A DNA stretch of 64,000 nucleotides from Octopus vulgaris (taxonomy: Eukaryota), in contig OX597825.1 in assembly GCA_951406725.2 (NCBI GenBank), forward strand, positions 5,766,001 through 5,830,000. The letters run 5' to 3'. The notes under the pieces are model-generated. The model did no database searches and had not been told where the DNA came from. It was given only the letters and a program-made list of their open reading frames with translations. The translations under genes and the position numbers were made by a program. Below are positions 25,995-39,844 of this stretch, piece by piece. How positions within the stretch are numbered: the stretch's first letter is position 1; the number at the start of each line of letters is the position of its first letter.

Positions 25995-26253
25995 TATGAC
26001 AACATTGCTTGACAACCGATGTTGGTGTGTTTACATATATATGTGTGTATATATATATATATACATGTGTGCGTGTGTGTGTGTGTGTACGACGTGCTTC
26101 TTTCAGTTTCCGTCTATCAAATCCACTCACAATCTTTGGTCGGTCCGAGGTTGTAGTAGCAGACACTTGCCGGAGGTGCCGCCCATTGGAACTAGACCCC
26201 GGAACCATGTGGTTGAGAAGCAAGCTTCTTACCACGCAGCCACGCCTGCGCCT
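25690..26253 (-). mobile_element. SINE family B, near full length
   Basis: Reverse-complement match to 21461-21890. Confidence 0.85.
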
Positions 26254-26888
26254 GTATATGCATATTTCAAACATTATTGTCCTTTCATCAGCATCTCACC
26301 CAACACATCAACCATCCACGAACACATTGCTTGAAAATGCATATACCTTTTTGTTTGTTTATGTATTTATTTTCGGTTTTCGATCTTATTGTTTAAATAA
26401 ACGTATTTGTTTACGAATCGTCGTGACTTACAGTGCTGACTCCAAATTCTGTTGAAAATCTAGATTGATGAAGGGCTTCCATACAGTTTCTGTTCACCAA
26501 ATCCACTCACAAGGCATTGGTTAGTTCGGACTCATACTAGAAGGCACTTTGTTCAAGATGCAGCCTAGTGGCCACTGACTTCTGAAACTACGCGGCTGCG
26601 AAAAGAACTTCTGAACTACGTAACCTCACAGCCCTGCATGTTTTTTATAAAATAAACAAACATTTTCTGCTGCTGTTGTTGTTGTTTTTGTTGCTGCTGC
26701 AACTATCACTGTTGTTGTTGTTGTTGTTGTTCTTCTTCTTCTTCTTTTTCTTCTTCTTCTTCTTCTTCTTCTTCTTCTTCTTCGTCTTCTTCTTCTTCTT
26801 CTTCTTCTTCTTTCTTGTCGTTCATGTCGTTGTTATTATTTGTTGCTGTTGTTCCTTTTAGTTTTAGAAACTGCGAAATTTGAAACAA

Positions 26889-26948
<60 letters not shown>

Positions 26949-27360
26949 AGAAATAAAGAAAGAAAGAAAGGGAAAAAAAGAAAGAAAGAAAGGGAAAAAA
27001 AGAAAGAAAGAAAGAAAAAAGAAAAAAAAGAAAGAAAGAAAAGAAGGAGTAAAGAAAGAAAGAAAGCGACAGACAAAAGTAACTACGAAACAAATTTTCA
27101 AAGAAAACGAAACGAAATTGAAAGAAAATTCAAGAAACGTTTTTTTTTCTTTTTTGTTGTCATTTTATTATTGCTGTTGTTGTTGTTGTGTTGGTTGTTT
27201 TGTCTTTTGAAGTCGCTTAATCTGGATCGCGTCCCAGAGATCCGTCCAACAAAATACCTTAAACTTTGTTGAAGCAGTCATTATTACCTTACTTGGCTAA
27301 TTGCCTTTCGAGACGTTATTACACTCAACAACTCTACACTACAATGCTCCCACCTTCAGT

Positions 27361-27399
<39 letters not shown>

Positions 27400-28237
27400 A
27401 ACATACACGTACGCACCTACATACAAACACGCACACATTTTCACACACATAATCTTTAATTAGGCTCCGTCTTAACCTGTCACTCTCTTTCTGCCTCCCT
27501 CCATTTAAACCTGTCACTCTCTCTCTTTCTCTCTCTCTCTTTCTACCCCCTCTCTCTCTACCTCTCTCACCCTCTCGATCTTCCTCCTGCCCTCTCCATT
27601 CCCTCTTCTCCTCCTCTCCCTAATTCTTTCTTACCCCTCTCTCTCACCCTGGCCTTCGTTGTCTGCCTTTCCCCGTTATCTCTTTCTGTGTCAGTATATG
27701 TATGTGTGTGCGTGCGTGCGTACGTGTGTGTGCATGTGTGTGCATGTGTGTGTGTGTGTATGTGTGTGTATGGGTATATCTGTCAGTATATATGTGCGTA
27801 TGTGAGTCTGTCTGTGTATACATGTATGTGTGTGTCTCTCTGTGTTTGTCCGCATTTGTCCGTCGATGTCAGTGTGTATGTGTATGTGCGTGTATACATG
27901 TGTACGTTTGTTTCTATGCATATGTTTTTATATATATGTATGTGTTTGCGTGTGTGTGTGTCAATGCGTGCGGGTGGCTGTAAATGCGACGTTGTATTTA
28001 CATTACATCTTGTTATGTCTGCATGCAGCTTGTAAATAAGCGACCCCCCACCAAAACACCCTCCAACACACACACTCTCACACACACACACACGCACACA
28101 CACACACACATACACACACATACTCACACACACACACACAACCCAACCCGACCACACATACGTATTACATAGTTGTGCGTGCTTTTATACGTTTGTGAAT
28201 GCGTATGTACATTTGTATACATGCAAGTATATATATT

Positions 28238-28272
<35 letters not shown>

Positions 28273-28644
28273 ATTCGTGGTTCGTGAGTGTATATTTAAA
28301 TGTATGTGTGTGTATGTGCATGTGTGTGTATGTGCATGTGTGTGTATGTGCATGTGTGTGTATGTGCATGTGTGTGTATGTGCATGTGTGTGTATGTGCA
28401 TGTGTGTGTATGTGCATGTATGCGTGTATATGTGAACGCAGTTGTGTACATTTCTCCAGTCCTTTATACATTTGTTTAATGTGTCTGTTCCAGTGCATGT
28501 CTCACTGCTTCTGTCACTGAGTTCAACGTCTGTCAGCAGCCTGTGTGCATATATATATATATATATGTATATATATGTATATATATAGGCATTTTTCAGT
28601 ACGTCTGGGCCGTTTAACTCGGAACATCTGTTCTCTTCTGACCT

Positions 28645-28686
28645 AACCTCCCTGTAGAAGAGCGTAGGCTCGAAAAGTTAAAGACT
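28645..28686 (+). ncRNA. Hammerhead-like motif, A6U variant family (degenerate copy)
   Basis: CUGUAGA-A-GAGC-GUAG-GCUC-GAAA-AG-UU-AAAGAC; same family as 39350. Confidence 0.55.
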
Positions 28687-28812
28687 TCCTCCATTTTTCC
28701 TGATCGTCAACCTAATAAACCCAGTTCTATATATATATATATATGAAGAATTATGTATATTATTTACATTATTCACATTTGACGGATATTTGTCCTCGTC
28801 TTCTTTGTTGTT

Positions 28813-28858
28813 AACACAACGTTTTGGCTGATGTACTCGCCAGCCTTCATCAGGTGTC
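28813..28858 (-). ncRNA. Minimal hammerhead motif (G12A lesion) in a ~170 bp module (28748-28910)
   Basis: GACAC-CUGAUGA-A-GGCUG..CAGCC-AAAA-CG-UU-GUGUU; module homologous to 47553-47722. Confidence 0.75.
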
Positions 28859-30084
28859 CTGGGGGGAATTTCGAACCTCGGTTCTCATTCCTAAGGATTT
28901 TTTTCGATGTTTTTTTTTCGATTATCAACCGAAATGATGAATCAATTTCAGCAGTTTGCAGTCTCTAATTTAAGCACAAGGCCAGCAATTTTGTGGGGAG
29001 GTGGGTGTGGAATAAATAGCGACAATGAACTTCAGTATTTCATTGCTACTTTACTTTGTCTACACTGAAAGAACGAAAGGCTAAGTTGACCCCGATAGGA
29101 TTTGAACTCATATCAATGATTCTGGCCTGGCCTAGATCTCCGTCAGTTGCGACAACTAGTGTTCCACTTGATTCGATCAACGGAGAAGCCTACTCATGAA
29201 ATTAACGTGCAAGTGGCTGGGTACTCCAAAGACGCACGTAGAGTTAACGTAGATCGCAAGGAGAAGGTGGTCCTTTTAATTAAAGGTACAACTCACCTTT
29301 ACCAGCTGACTGGACTAGAGCAACGTGAAATGAAATGCCTTGGTGAGGTCAAGGATACAATTCTCTTCCGGGAATCGAAATTGTGACCTTACGATTGTGA
29401 GCTGAAAAACCCTGCAATTGAGCCACGCACCTTCACAATAATTCGGAACAAATACCGCCGGACATTTTCCGACACCGCAGTAAAAGTCTCAACTTGAGAT
29501 GAATTGCGGTAGGCCACGAGAGAACGTATTCGTTGTAACCTAATGCTGGGTTTGGCGATGCTGCTGCCTGACATGCCTGGCTATTGGCAGCCATGTTTTT
29601 GTTTCTTGTTTTTTTTTTGTTTGTGGTTTGTATCGCTATTTCTAGTTTCCTCTCTGTGTAAGATTGTTTAGTCTGTGATGAAACAGAAAACTGAGTGAGA
29701 AATATTAATTTACATTGAACAAAGTTCTAACCCATTTAAAAAAAAATATTTTGTGTTTCCGTTTTGAAGTCCTGGTGACATATTTCTGAGTTATTTTAGT
29801 TTCTTCATAAAAATAACGTTAAGACTCAGACTGTATGAATATATATATATATATGTATGTATGTGTGTGTGTGTATGTATGTATTTATGTATATGTATGT
29901 ATGTATGTATGTGTGAATGTATGTATGTGAGAATGTATGTATGTATGCATGTATGTAAGTATGTATGTATGTATGTATGTATGCATGCATGTATGTATGT
30001 ATGTAACTATGTATGCATGTATGTATGTATGTACGTATGTATGTATGTATGTATGTATGTATGTATTTATGTATATGTATGTAT

Positions 30085-30454
30085 CAGGGACGTGCCGCCT
30101 GGGTAGGCAAGATAGGCAGTACCTACTCTAAATAAAATAGATCGATAGAAACATTTTAGGTGCAAAATTATGAAGGTTACTCTGATTACTCTGCATAAAA
30201 TACAAGATATTTTATTTTTTGTACATTAGGTAGGCATAATTCGCCCCTGCTTTTCAATCTCAGTATTTAAGCTACGCATAGTTCTGCTGTAGTACACATG
30301 CTGCGTCCACTCCAACAACAACGTTTTCTTTACGCGCTAGAAAGGCAAAATTAATTTGCCTTCAACTCAGTCGTGTTTCGCAATTTTTTTTTTGTATGCT
30401 TTACTACATAAACGTCACCAATTACCATGAGTAATTACCGATGGCACGTGCCCG
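30085..30454. mobile_element. hAT-type MITE
   Basis: TIRs cagggacgtgcc / ggcacgtgcccg (10/12 match); gtatgtat on both sides, although within a (TATG)n tract. Confidence 0.7.
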
Positions 30455-30567
30455 GTATGTATGTATGTATGTATGTATGTATGTATGTATGTATACGTAC
30501 ATACATACACATACACACACGCACGCAGACACGAACACATATATAATTTATGTATGTATATTTGCAC

Positions 30568-30616
<49 letters not shown>

Positions 30617-30713
30617 TATACATGAGAGAGAAAGGCAACGTAATGACGTACGGAGTAAAGAAAAAATATACATACATACGTACATACATATATATATATA
30701 TATATATGTGCAT

Positions 30714-30765
<52 letters not shown>

Positions 30766-31147
30766 TTTTCTTTTTGCTTGTTTGCCATTGGGCTGATGGG
30801 ATACGACCTTAAAGAGTTTTTGTCGAAAGGATTAATCCCAGTATTTATCCATTTATTTTTTTTAAGACTAGTGCTTATTCTATAGGACCCTTGCTGAGCC
30901 GCCACAGAGGCGTATGGAAATATGTATACATATGAAACTCACGTAAAATTCCAAAATAATATCATTAAAAAAATTGATTTTATATATTTGAACTTATTTT
31001 CCCTTTTTTTACAGCATGACAAAAATGATTTTAAAGAAATGAAACCGGTAACATATTTTTATAAAAATGTAAATTGTTTTCTTTTTGCTCCAGATGAAAT
31101 CCTCGAACTATTTTCTTCTTTTTGGTCATACATGCAGATATAAATAA

Positions 31148-31219
<72 letters not shown>

Positions 31220-32029
31220 CTCACCCAACCCGTCTTCTAAATCTGCTGCTTTTAAGATTTATTTATTTTCATCAAAATATGTGAAGAGATATGGGTTGAC
31301 AGATTATTAGTCGGTTATCATTTCCTTTTGCATTTATCCTGAGGTATTTAGCTTTCTCTAAATAGGTGCTAAAGTGGCGGACTCGTCAACGCATCAGACA
31401 AAATACTCAGCAGCATTTCTCACATTCTGATTTCAAATCTCGCCGATGACAACTTTGTAGTCATCCTTTTTCATAACGACAAAATAAAGCACCAGTCAAG
31501 AGCTGCGGTCGATGCAATCGGTTTGACCCATTCCCCTCAAAAACTACAATGGACTGGCGTTCCATTAAGAGGTATTGGGTGCTCTCGGTCAATTATACGT
31601 CATGGAAACAGGATAACCGGTTTTATAAGTCCTAGGGATCGAGAAAAAAGAGAAAGGAAACCCGACTAATTATCACATCGTGTAATAGAATAATGCCTAG
31701 GAAAATACCATCACTGCCAATGACCCACCCAAATGGTGTTTATGCTCAATTTAATTATTAAAAGACCATAATTGTCCTCAACAGTTTCGATAAAATGTAT
31801 TACGTTATTCACAGCTTGAGAAATTCTTTTGTTAAAATGTTCTTCCAGTTCTGTTCACTAACGAACTCTGACCAGCCTGATACCTTTTCTCAGCGGGAAA
31901 CAGGCGGAGGGATTTCTCTGCTGAAGTATTCTTTAATTTCTTTATTTGTACGTTAAAGGATATGTAATAGGATATGCCATGTGTATATGTGTGTGTGTGT
32001 GTGTAGACATCCCTATCATCTCTATCTAT

Positions 32030-32110
<81 letters not shown>

Positions 32111-32274
32111 CATCTCATTATATGTGTGTGTATGTACACATCTCTCTCTCCCTCTCCCTCTCCCTCTATCTATCTATCTATCTATCTATCTCAAAATGTG
32201 TGTGTGTATAAACATCTCTATCTATCAATCTCACTATATGTGTATGTACACGTCTCTATATATATATCTCATTA

Positions 32275-32319
<45 letters not shown>

Positions 32320-32522
32320 CATGTGTGTGCGTATGTAGAGTGAAAAGGTCAAGTCCTACGGGGGTCAAATTTACCTTGCATTCTTTCGGTGTAAAGTAAC
32401 AGTGAAGTACTGAAGGTCAGTAACATTACCCCTCAATCCTCGCCTCACAATTGTAAACGGTTGAAAACGACAAATCGCATTTTCTGCTTCTGGTCACCTT
32501 AGCTCTTCTATAGTATAAGTCT

Positions 32523-32878
32523 CTGGCAGAAACGTTAGCACGTCAGACGAAATGTTTAGCGGTATTTCGTCTGCCGTTACGTTCTGAGTTCAAATTCCAC
32601 CGAAGTCAACTTTGCCTTTCATCCTTCCGGGGTCGATAAATTAAGTACCAGTTACGCACTGGGGTCGGTGTAATCGACTTAATCCGTTTGTCTGTCTTTG
32701 TTTGTCCCCTCTATGTTTAGCCCTTTGTGGGTAATAAAGAAACAGGTATTTCGTCTGTCTTTACGTTCTGAGTTCAAATTCCGTCGAGGTTAGCTTTGTC
32801 TTTCATCTTTTCGAGTGGTCTAATCGACTGGCCCCGTCCCCCAATATTTCGAGCCTTGTGCCTAGAGTAGAAAAGATT
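32523..32878 (+). mobile_element. SINE family A with partial internal duplication
   Basis: ctggcagaaacgttagcacg...gttctgagttcaaattcc occurs twice. Confidence 0.9.
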
Positions 32879-33287
32879 ATAAGTTGCGTAACGAAATTTT
32901 TTCGTTTAATGTCGGAACTAACAAATTCGTTTGCTACGCTGCAATGAGGAAACCTTTATAGAATCGAGCTGCTTCTGGCTGATACGAAAATGGCAAATGA
33001 AAAGATACTCAGACAAAATTCGCAACGCATAAATCAATGCCTGTGATCTGTCAAATATGACCCTCGGAACGATGTCAGAGTGAAATGTCACATTTCATTT
33101 AGTAAATTAACACCCCAGTGCCGCATCGCAGCATGTATTGTGTCGCTATTGTATTTCCTACATTTGAAATGCCCAATGCAACGAAATAAATAAATAAATA
33201 TGATGGATGATGTGATAGAAATTATATAAGGCCGAACAGACAATAAAAGAAATAATACATATAATACATTTGGTTAACCACTTGCTG

Positions 33288-33359
33288 AGCAGAGTGACGC
33301 ATTGGAAGAGCGCTGGGACCATAATTCAAAGGTCCCAAGATTGGAACACCTCTCTGCGA
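33288..33359 (+). pseudogene. Initiator tRNA-Met (CAT) pseudogene
   Basis: 72 nt agcagagtgacgcattggaagagcgctgggaccataattcaaaggtcccaagattggaacacctctctgcga is colinear with metazoan tRNA-iMet; anticodon and T stems are disrupted. Confidence 0.85.
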
Positions 33360-33669
33360 TGAAATAGATGGAATTACATGCATAGATCTAAATATAACCA
33401 AGCGTAGAACAGTTAATTCTTTAAAAGACTTTTCATGACCCCTTTCACCAAAGCTGTAGAAATGAGTTGCGGTGTCTCTGGTGCTAAGCTGTATTGGCCC
33501 CTTTGCTTTTCCCTTGGTTTACATGAGTAGCATGGAAAAGGGAGGCTGGTATACAGGGGTAATTGCTGGTCTTCTATAAACAGTCTTGCTTGGACTTGTA
33601 CCCAGGAAGGGAACTTTCTAGGTGCAATCCCACGGGTACTCATGACCGAGGGAGATCCTTTCTTATGTA

Positions 33670-34588
33670 AGTATGCATGTATGTATGTATATATGTATGT
33701 ATGTATGCATGCATGTATGTATGTATGTATGTATGTATGTATGTATGTATGTATGCATGTATGCATGTATGTATGTATGCATGTATGCATGCATGCATGT
33801 ATGCATGTATGTATGTGTGTATATGTATGTATGTATGTATGCATGTATGCATGTATGTATGTATGCATGTATGCATGCATGTATGTATGTGTGTGTATGT
33901 ATGTATGCATGTATGTATGTGTATGTATGTATGTATGTGTATGTATGTATGTATGTATGTATGTATGTATGTATGTATGGGTGTGTATGTATGTATGTAT
34001 AAATGTATGCATGCATGCATCTATGTATGTACGTATGCATGTATGCATGTATGTATGTATGTATGCATGTATGCATGTATGTATGTGTGTATGCATGTAT
34101 GTATGTATATGTGTATGTATGTATGCATGTATGTATGTATATATGTATGCATGTATGCATGCATCTATGTATGTATGTATGTATGCATGTATGTATGTAT
34201 GTATGTATGTATGTATGTATGTATGTGTGTACGTACGTATGTATGTATGTATATATGTATGTATGTATGCATGCATGCATGCATGCATGTATGTATGTAT
34301 GTATGTATGTATGCATGTATGTATGCATGTATGTACGTATGTATGTATGTATGCATGTATGTATGCATGTAAGTATGTGTGTGTATGTATGTATGTATGT
34401 ATGTATGTATGTATGTGTGTGTATGTATGTATGTATGTATGTATGTATTTATGCATGCATGCATCTAAGTATGTACGTATGTATGCATGCATGTATGTAT
34501 GTATGCATGTATGCATGTATGTATGCATGTATGTATGTATGTGTGTATGTACGTATGTGTGTATGAATGTATGTATGTATGTATGTAT
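33670..34588. repeat. ~0.9 kb (TATG/CATG)n tetranucleotide array
   Basis: Direct inspection. Confidence 0.97.
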
Positions 34589-34966
34589 TGGAGCAGTGGG
34601 ATGGAGGCTATCAGGTTGGTTGTTATCTCGAGGTCACTGTGGACCAGGAGTGGTGAGCTTTGGAAGAGCAAGTGCTACCAGAGGTAGTGCTAACTGGGCA
34701 CAAGGTGGGGGCCAGATCAAACATAGCTGGGTCACCCGGGTGAGGGTATTTGACTGTTGAAAGATCCAACACAACTAATGACCCCCACCCCAGGAAATAT
34801 GGATGAGGGTGTGTCCAGGTACATCACTGGATGATGTTTGGAACAATTTACAATGTATTAAAAAAAAAAAACCACCACTGAAATATCAAACATATTTTCC
34901 CGCCTAATGTTTCATATCTTTCTGATTAACTTGCTGCTGCGACTACTGCTACTACTACTACTACTG

Positions 34967-35018
<52 letters not shown>

Positions 35019-35171
35019 GCCGCCGACGACGACGACTACTACTACTACTGCTGCTGCTGATGCTGTCATTATATCATTAACGCCGCAAATACAACAACGA
35101 TTATCACGGCAACCGCTGCTATTCACACCACTACTACTACCACCACCACCACCACCACTATACTACTACTT

Positions 35172-35220
<49 letters not shown>

Positions 35221-36151
35221 CACTTGTGCTACCACTACAAGCCTAATTCTACAAACATGACCAACCCATTAACCCCACCACCACCTCCATCACCACCACC
35301 AACGCCACCACCAACGCCACCACCGACAATACTACCACAACTATCACTACCATCACCATTAACACCACAATCATCATCACCAACAGCAGAACACCACCAC
35401 TACCACCACCACCACCATCACCACTACTACTACTACCACTACTATTACTTCTACCAACTCTAAGAAAGAAATTTTTTTCCTATTCTTCTCAAGATTTATA
35501 TTTATTTTGTCATGTTTTTGTTTTGTTTGTGTATTTGCTTTGTTTGTTTGTTGGTTTGGATGGTTTGGATGGTTTGGATGGTTTGGATGGTATGTACCGC
35601 AAGCCAAGCTAATCTCGTTTCAAGTCTCGCCTGACATATCCAACGCGCGATCCCGTACGCACATGACAACTGTCAAACAAAAAAAAACAAATCAAAAACA
35701 AAAAAAAATAACAAAGCAACACAACAACAACAACGTCTACAACAAACAACAACAATAACAACCCAGAAAAACTAATTCAATAAAATCTCGATAGATAACC
35801 CGCCCTCGTTCCCCCACCACCAGCACCACTCGCCACTTCACGACCGACCCTTCTCCGTTGTCTAAAGTATCGACTTCCATGACAAGGATCAACATTGACG
35901 TCATCATCTGAATCGACCAATTAAACACAATAAAACAACCAGGATGTATAAACACAATATACACAATAGCAACAACGTAGTAAAACAACAACGGCTCAAC
36001 AGCACATTTGTGTGTTTTGGCTGGATATCGCTGATTTCCAGGCTGACACTGCATTTACCCCATAAGTAAACACGTATCCTAAATTAAATATTTAAATATT
36101 CAACGAATATAATGGACCAGATATTAAGCAAGATTAACACACAAAGACTTC

Positions 36152-36172
36152 ATTATTATTATCATTATTATT

Positions 36173-36238
<66 letters not shown>

Positions 36239-36267
36239 GTTATTATTATTATTATTGTTATTATTGC

Positions 36268-36311
<44 letters not shown>

Positions 36312-36324
36312 TTATTATTATTAC

Positions 36325-36393
<69 letters not shown>

Positions 36394-36530
36394 CATTATT
36401 ATAATTATTATTATTATTATTATCATTATTATAATTATTATTATTATTGTTATTGTTATTATTGTTATTGTTATTGTTATTATTATTATTATTATTGTTG
36501 TTGTTGTTGTTATTATTATTATTATTATTA

Positions 36531-36567
<37 letters not shown>

Positions 36568-36647
36568 CATTATTATTATTATTATCATTATTATTATTAT
36601 TATTATTGTTATTGTTATTATTATTATAATTATTGTTGTTGTTGTTG

Positions 36648-36721
<74 letters not shown>

Positions 36722-36788
36722 GTTATTGTTATTATTGTTATTGTTATTGTTATTATTATTATTATTATAATTATTGTTGTTGTTGTTG

Positions 36789-36841
<53 letters not shown>
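36152..36841. repeat. (TAT)n array with TGT/CAT variants
   Basis: Direct inspection; forms the (TAA)n tail of the adjacent LINE. Confidence 0.97.
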
Positions 36842-37101
36842 GCCTTTGCACAGCTTCTAAATGCTGGAGATGTACTACGGCGTCAGCTGTTCACTACCAG
36901 TGAACTAAGGTAACACCTCTTATTTTTCAAGCACCTTCCGGAGTATTCGAGCGGTTCCAAGCAGTGCTGTTTTCTGCACGTGTTCCACCCTTATTGCAGC
37001 CCCTATTTGTTCCATGTACTTCTCAAGATTTTTACTCAATGTTCCCAGGACTCCGACAATTATTGGTACTACCACCACCTTTTCCATCGACCACAACTGC
37101 T
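36842..37101 (-). mobile_element. R4/Dong-like LINE 3' end (restriction-like endonuclease C-terminus plus 3' UTR)
   Basis: QLWSMEKVVVVPIIVGVLGT...VQKTALLGTARILRKVLEK*; ends in (TAA)n. Confidence 0.85.
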
Positions 37102-37195
37102 CATTATTATGATTCAGTAGTCTTATTTTTATCACGTGCTTTTTCACTGCACTACCGAGCGCAGCTCTGTGTGCCTTGGGTATGTGCTGTAGTTG
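37102..37195 (-). mobile_element. 3' UTR of a second Dong-like LINE family
   Basis: cactaccgagcgcagctctgtgtgccttgggtatgtgctgt is identical to the 3' UTR near 47843-47882. Confidence 0.85.
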
Positions 37196-37830
37196 TTGTT
37201 GTTGTTGGTGTTGGTGGTGGTCACCTCAAGCGCCTGAGGAAAACTCTCAGAAGCGCTAGAGCCGCGGAAGGGAGACGAATCATCTCATCCATTGTAGGCC
37301 CTAGTTGACGGATATAGCGTTCCACCATCAAGGCCGGACATCTCAGCCAGAGATGCTCTGCAGATTACAGTCAGCATTGATCTGTGTTGCTGCGTCCTGC
37401 CATGTTTTGCCACCGCCTGAGTGCCGGATGGTGACCACTACGGGAGCTTATCCTGTCTGCCTTCGAGAGGGCTGCTTCGGTTCTTTCATCCGGCTTCTTC
37501 GTGAAGACTTCCTTCAGACGGGGGTGTTGAATTGGCGTTGGCTGAAATGTTCGACGAATAACCGCCTGACGAATGGCTGTATCGATGGCGGCATCCCGTT
37601 GTGACAGCGCCGAGTCATGTTTCGCCTGCATATCTGCGAGTTCATTGCCACGGAGGTTGCAATGGCCCAGATCACCGACAAATTCTTGCCAACTGCTACT
37701 ACTAGGGCTGCTGTTTGTTGCAATTCTCTAATTGTCGGGTCTGGGGGGAACGGGTTGTCTACCGCTTCAACCAATAATTTGCGCTGGAGCAAACGCGCTG
37801 AAGGATTTAGCTGAACAAATCGTCTCAAAT
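37193..37830 (-). mobile_element. I-group LINE 3' end (RNase H plus CCHC-like remnant) with (CAA)n tail
   Basis: GHCNLRGNELADMQAK (RNase H motif), RSGHHP, SAEHLWLRCPAL, then LRRLR* followed by caacaacaa. Confidence 0.82.
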
Positions 37831-38823
37831 AGCCATTCTGTTTTTAAAGCTGGCACTTATTCTATCGATCTCTTATTGCCGAACCGCTATATAAACGAAC
37901 ACGTAAATAAACCAACTCCGGTTTCAAACGGTGCGTGAGAAAAACCAGCACTTGCCCAAGATGCCTCGGTACAGTAGGGACTGAATCCAAAACCACGAGG
38001 TTACAAGGCGAGCTTCTCAACCACACAACCAGCCTATATATCTAAATTAATATTCGATGGCACAACACATCCGGCACGCTTCCTCACAGTTTCCATCTAG
38101 CCACTTTCATTCACAATGCTTGCTTCGTTCGATCTGAATCTGATCCAAAGCATACTTGCCAAACATATATCACGTATCGCGATCGAACTCAGGACCTCAT
38201 TGATGCCGCCTTTTATCCAGTCTCATTCTAACCTAGAACTACATTATCATGCCATCCAATCTTCTGACATCAAAAATTGGGAAATCAAGGAAGTTTTGTT
38301 GCTATCTCTAGCAGGCTGAGCAACCGGGCAGGTGGTCCTTTATTCTTCTGGGACAAAGTAATTAAATATATAATAATTGTCATTATTATGAAACTGGAAG
38401 GGTCGATGTCCTTCTAATGTTTACAGTTATTGTTCTTTAATATAAATGTTATTATATTAAATTTTATTCGTATTCTATTTTGAATCGCAAATCAATTAAA
38501 TTCGTAGACTGAGATTCGAATGGATTTAATAAACTGCCTCATAAGAAGCGAAAATTAAATCTGGAAATAATAATAGCCGGAGGAATAAAAGCTAATGATC
38601 TTTTTAGTGTGGAGTGTGTGTGTGGGGGGGAGTGTGTGTGGGGGGGAGTGTGTGTGTATGTGAGAGAGAGAGTGTGTGTGTGTGAGTGGTGTGTGTGCGC
38701 GTGTGTGTGTGTTTGTGCACGCGTGTGCGCACTACAATGTGCGTGTATATACGTTTATATTTATATATCTAGATAGAGAGATAGAAATAGACAGACAGAC
38801 AGACGGACGGACGGACGGACAGG

Positions 38824-38857
<34 letters not shown>

Positions 38858-38880
38858 CAGATAGATAGATAGATAGATAC

Positions 38881-38949
<69 letters not shown>

Positions 38950-39349
38950 TACAGACAGACTGATGGACGGACAGACAGAAAGACGGACGGACTAATGGAT
39001 GGGTGGGTGGATGGATGCATGGATGGATGCATGCATGCATGGACGAACAGACGGACGGACGGACGGACGGACGAACAGACAGACGGACAGATGGACGGAC
39101 GGACGGACATATGGATGGATGGATGGACGGATGGATGGATAGACGGATGGATCGATACATACATGCATACATTATACATACATAAATACATATGCAACAT
39201 ATATAAGTATATACCTGCAATACACATACACATGCATACATAAATATTCTCTGTTTTATAGGGAGAGTTTACGAAAAAAAACAAAAGACGAAGATAGGTG
39301 GTGTACGAAACGAACAGATGTATTAGTATAACGCTCATGAATAGAAAAA

Positions 39350-39391
39350 GTCTTTTACGTTTCGAGCAAACGCTCTTCTACAGAAAGGGAC
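39350..39391 (-). ncRNA. Minimal hammerhead-like motif, A6U core variant
   Basis: Minus strand: GUCCCUUU-CUGUAGA-A-GAGC-GUUU-GCUC-GAAA-CG-UA-AAAGAC. Confidence 0.7.
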
Positions 39392-39561
39392 AGAAAAAAC
39401 AAGGAGAGAAAAAAATGTGTGTAGTGGCTAACCTATAACCATATATGTCGTATATGTGAAATGTACATATGTATGCATGTGTGTTTGTTTAAGTATATAT
39501 TTATATGCATGTGTGTGTTTGAGTGAGCGTGTGTATGTGTCTGTGTGCATGTGTGTATGCA

Positions 39562-39602
<41 letters not shown>

Positions 39603-39844
39603 GTATATCTACCTATGTATACAAATATATAGCCTTTATCTTTTAGCTTTTTCTTGTTTCAGTCGTTAGACTATGGCCATGCTGGGGCACCACTTTGAAG
39701 AATTTTTAGTCAAATTAATCGACCCCAGTACTTAGTTTGTTTTCGGGGGGGGGTTACAGCCTGGTACTTATTCTATCGCTCACTTTTGCCGAACCGCTAG
39801 GTTACAGCGACGTAAGCACACCAAAACTGGTTGTCAAACGATCG

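Noticed and set aside
33413-34760. Overlapping 370 aa ORFs on both strands
   Set aside because: Translations of the stop-free (TATG/CATG)n array
36112-36903. Poly-Tyr/Cys ORF, and similarly the poly-Ile ORF at 41448-41990
   Set aside because: Trinucleotide microsatellite
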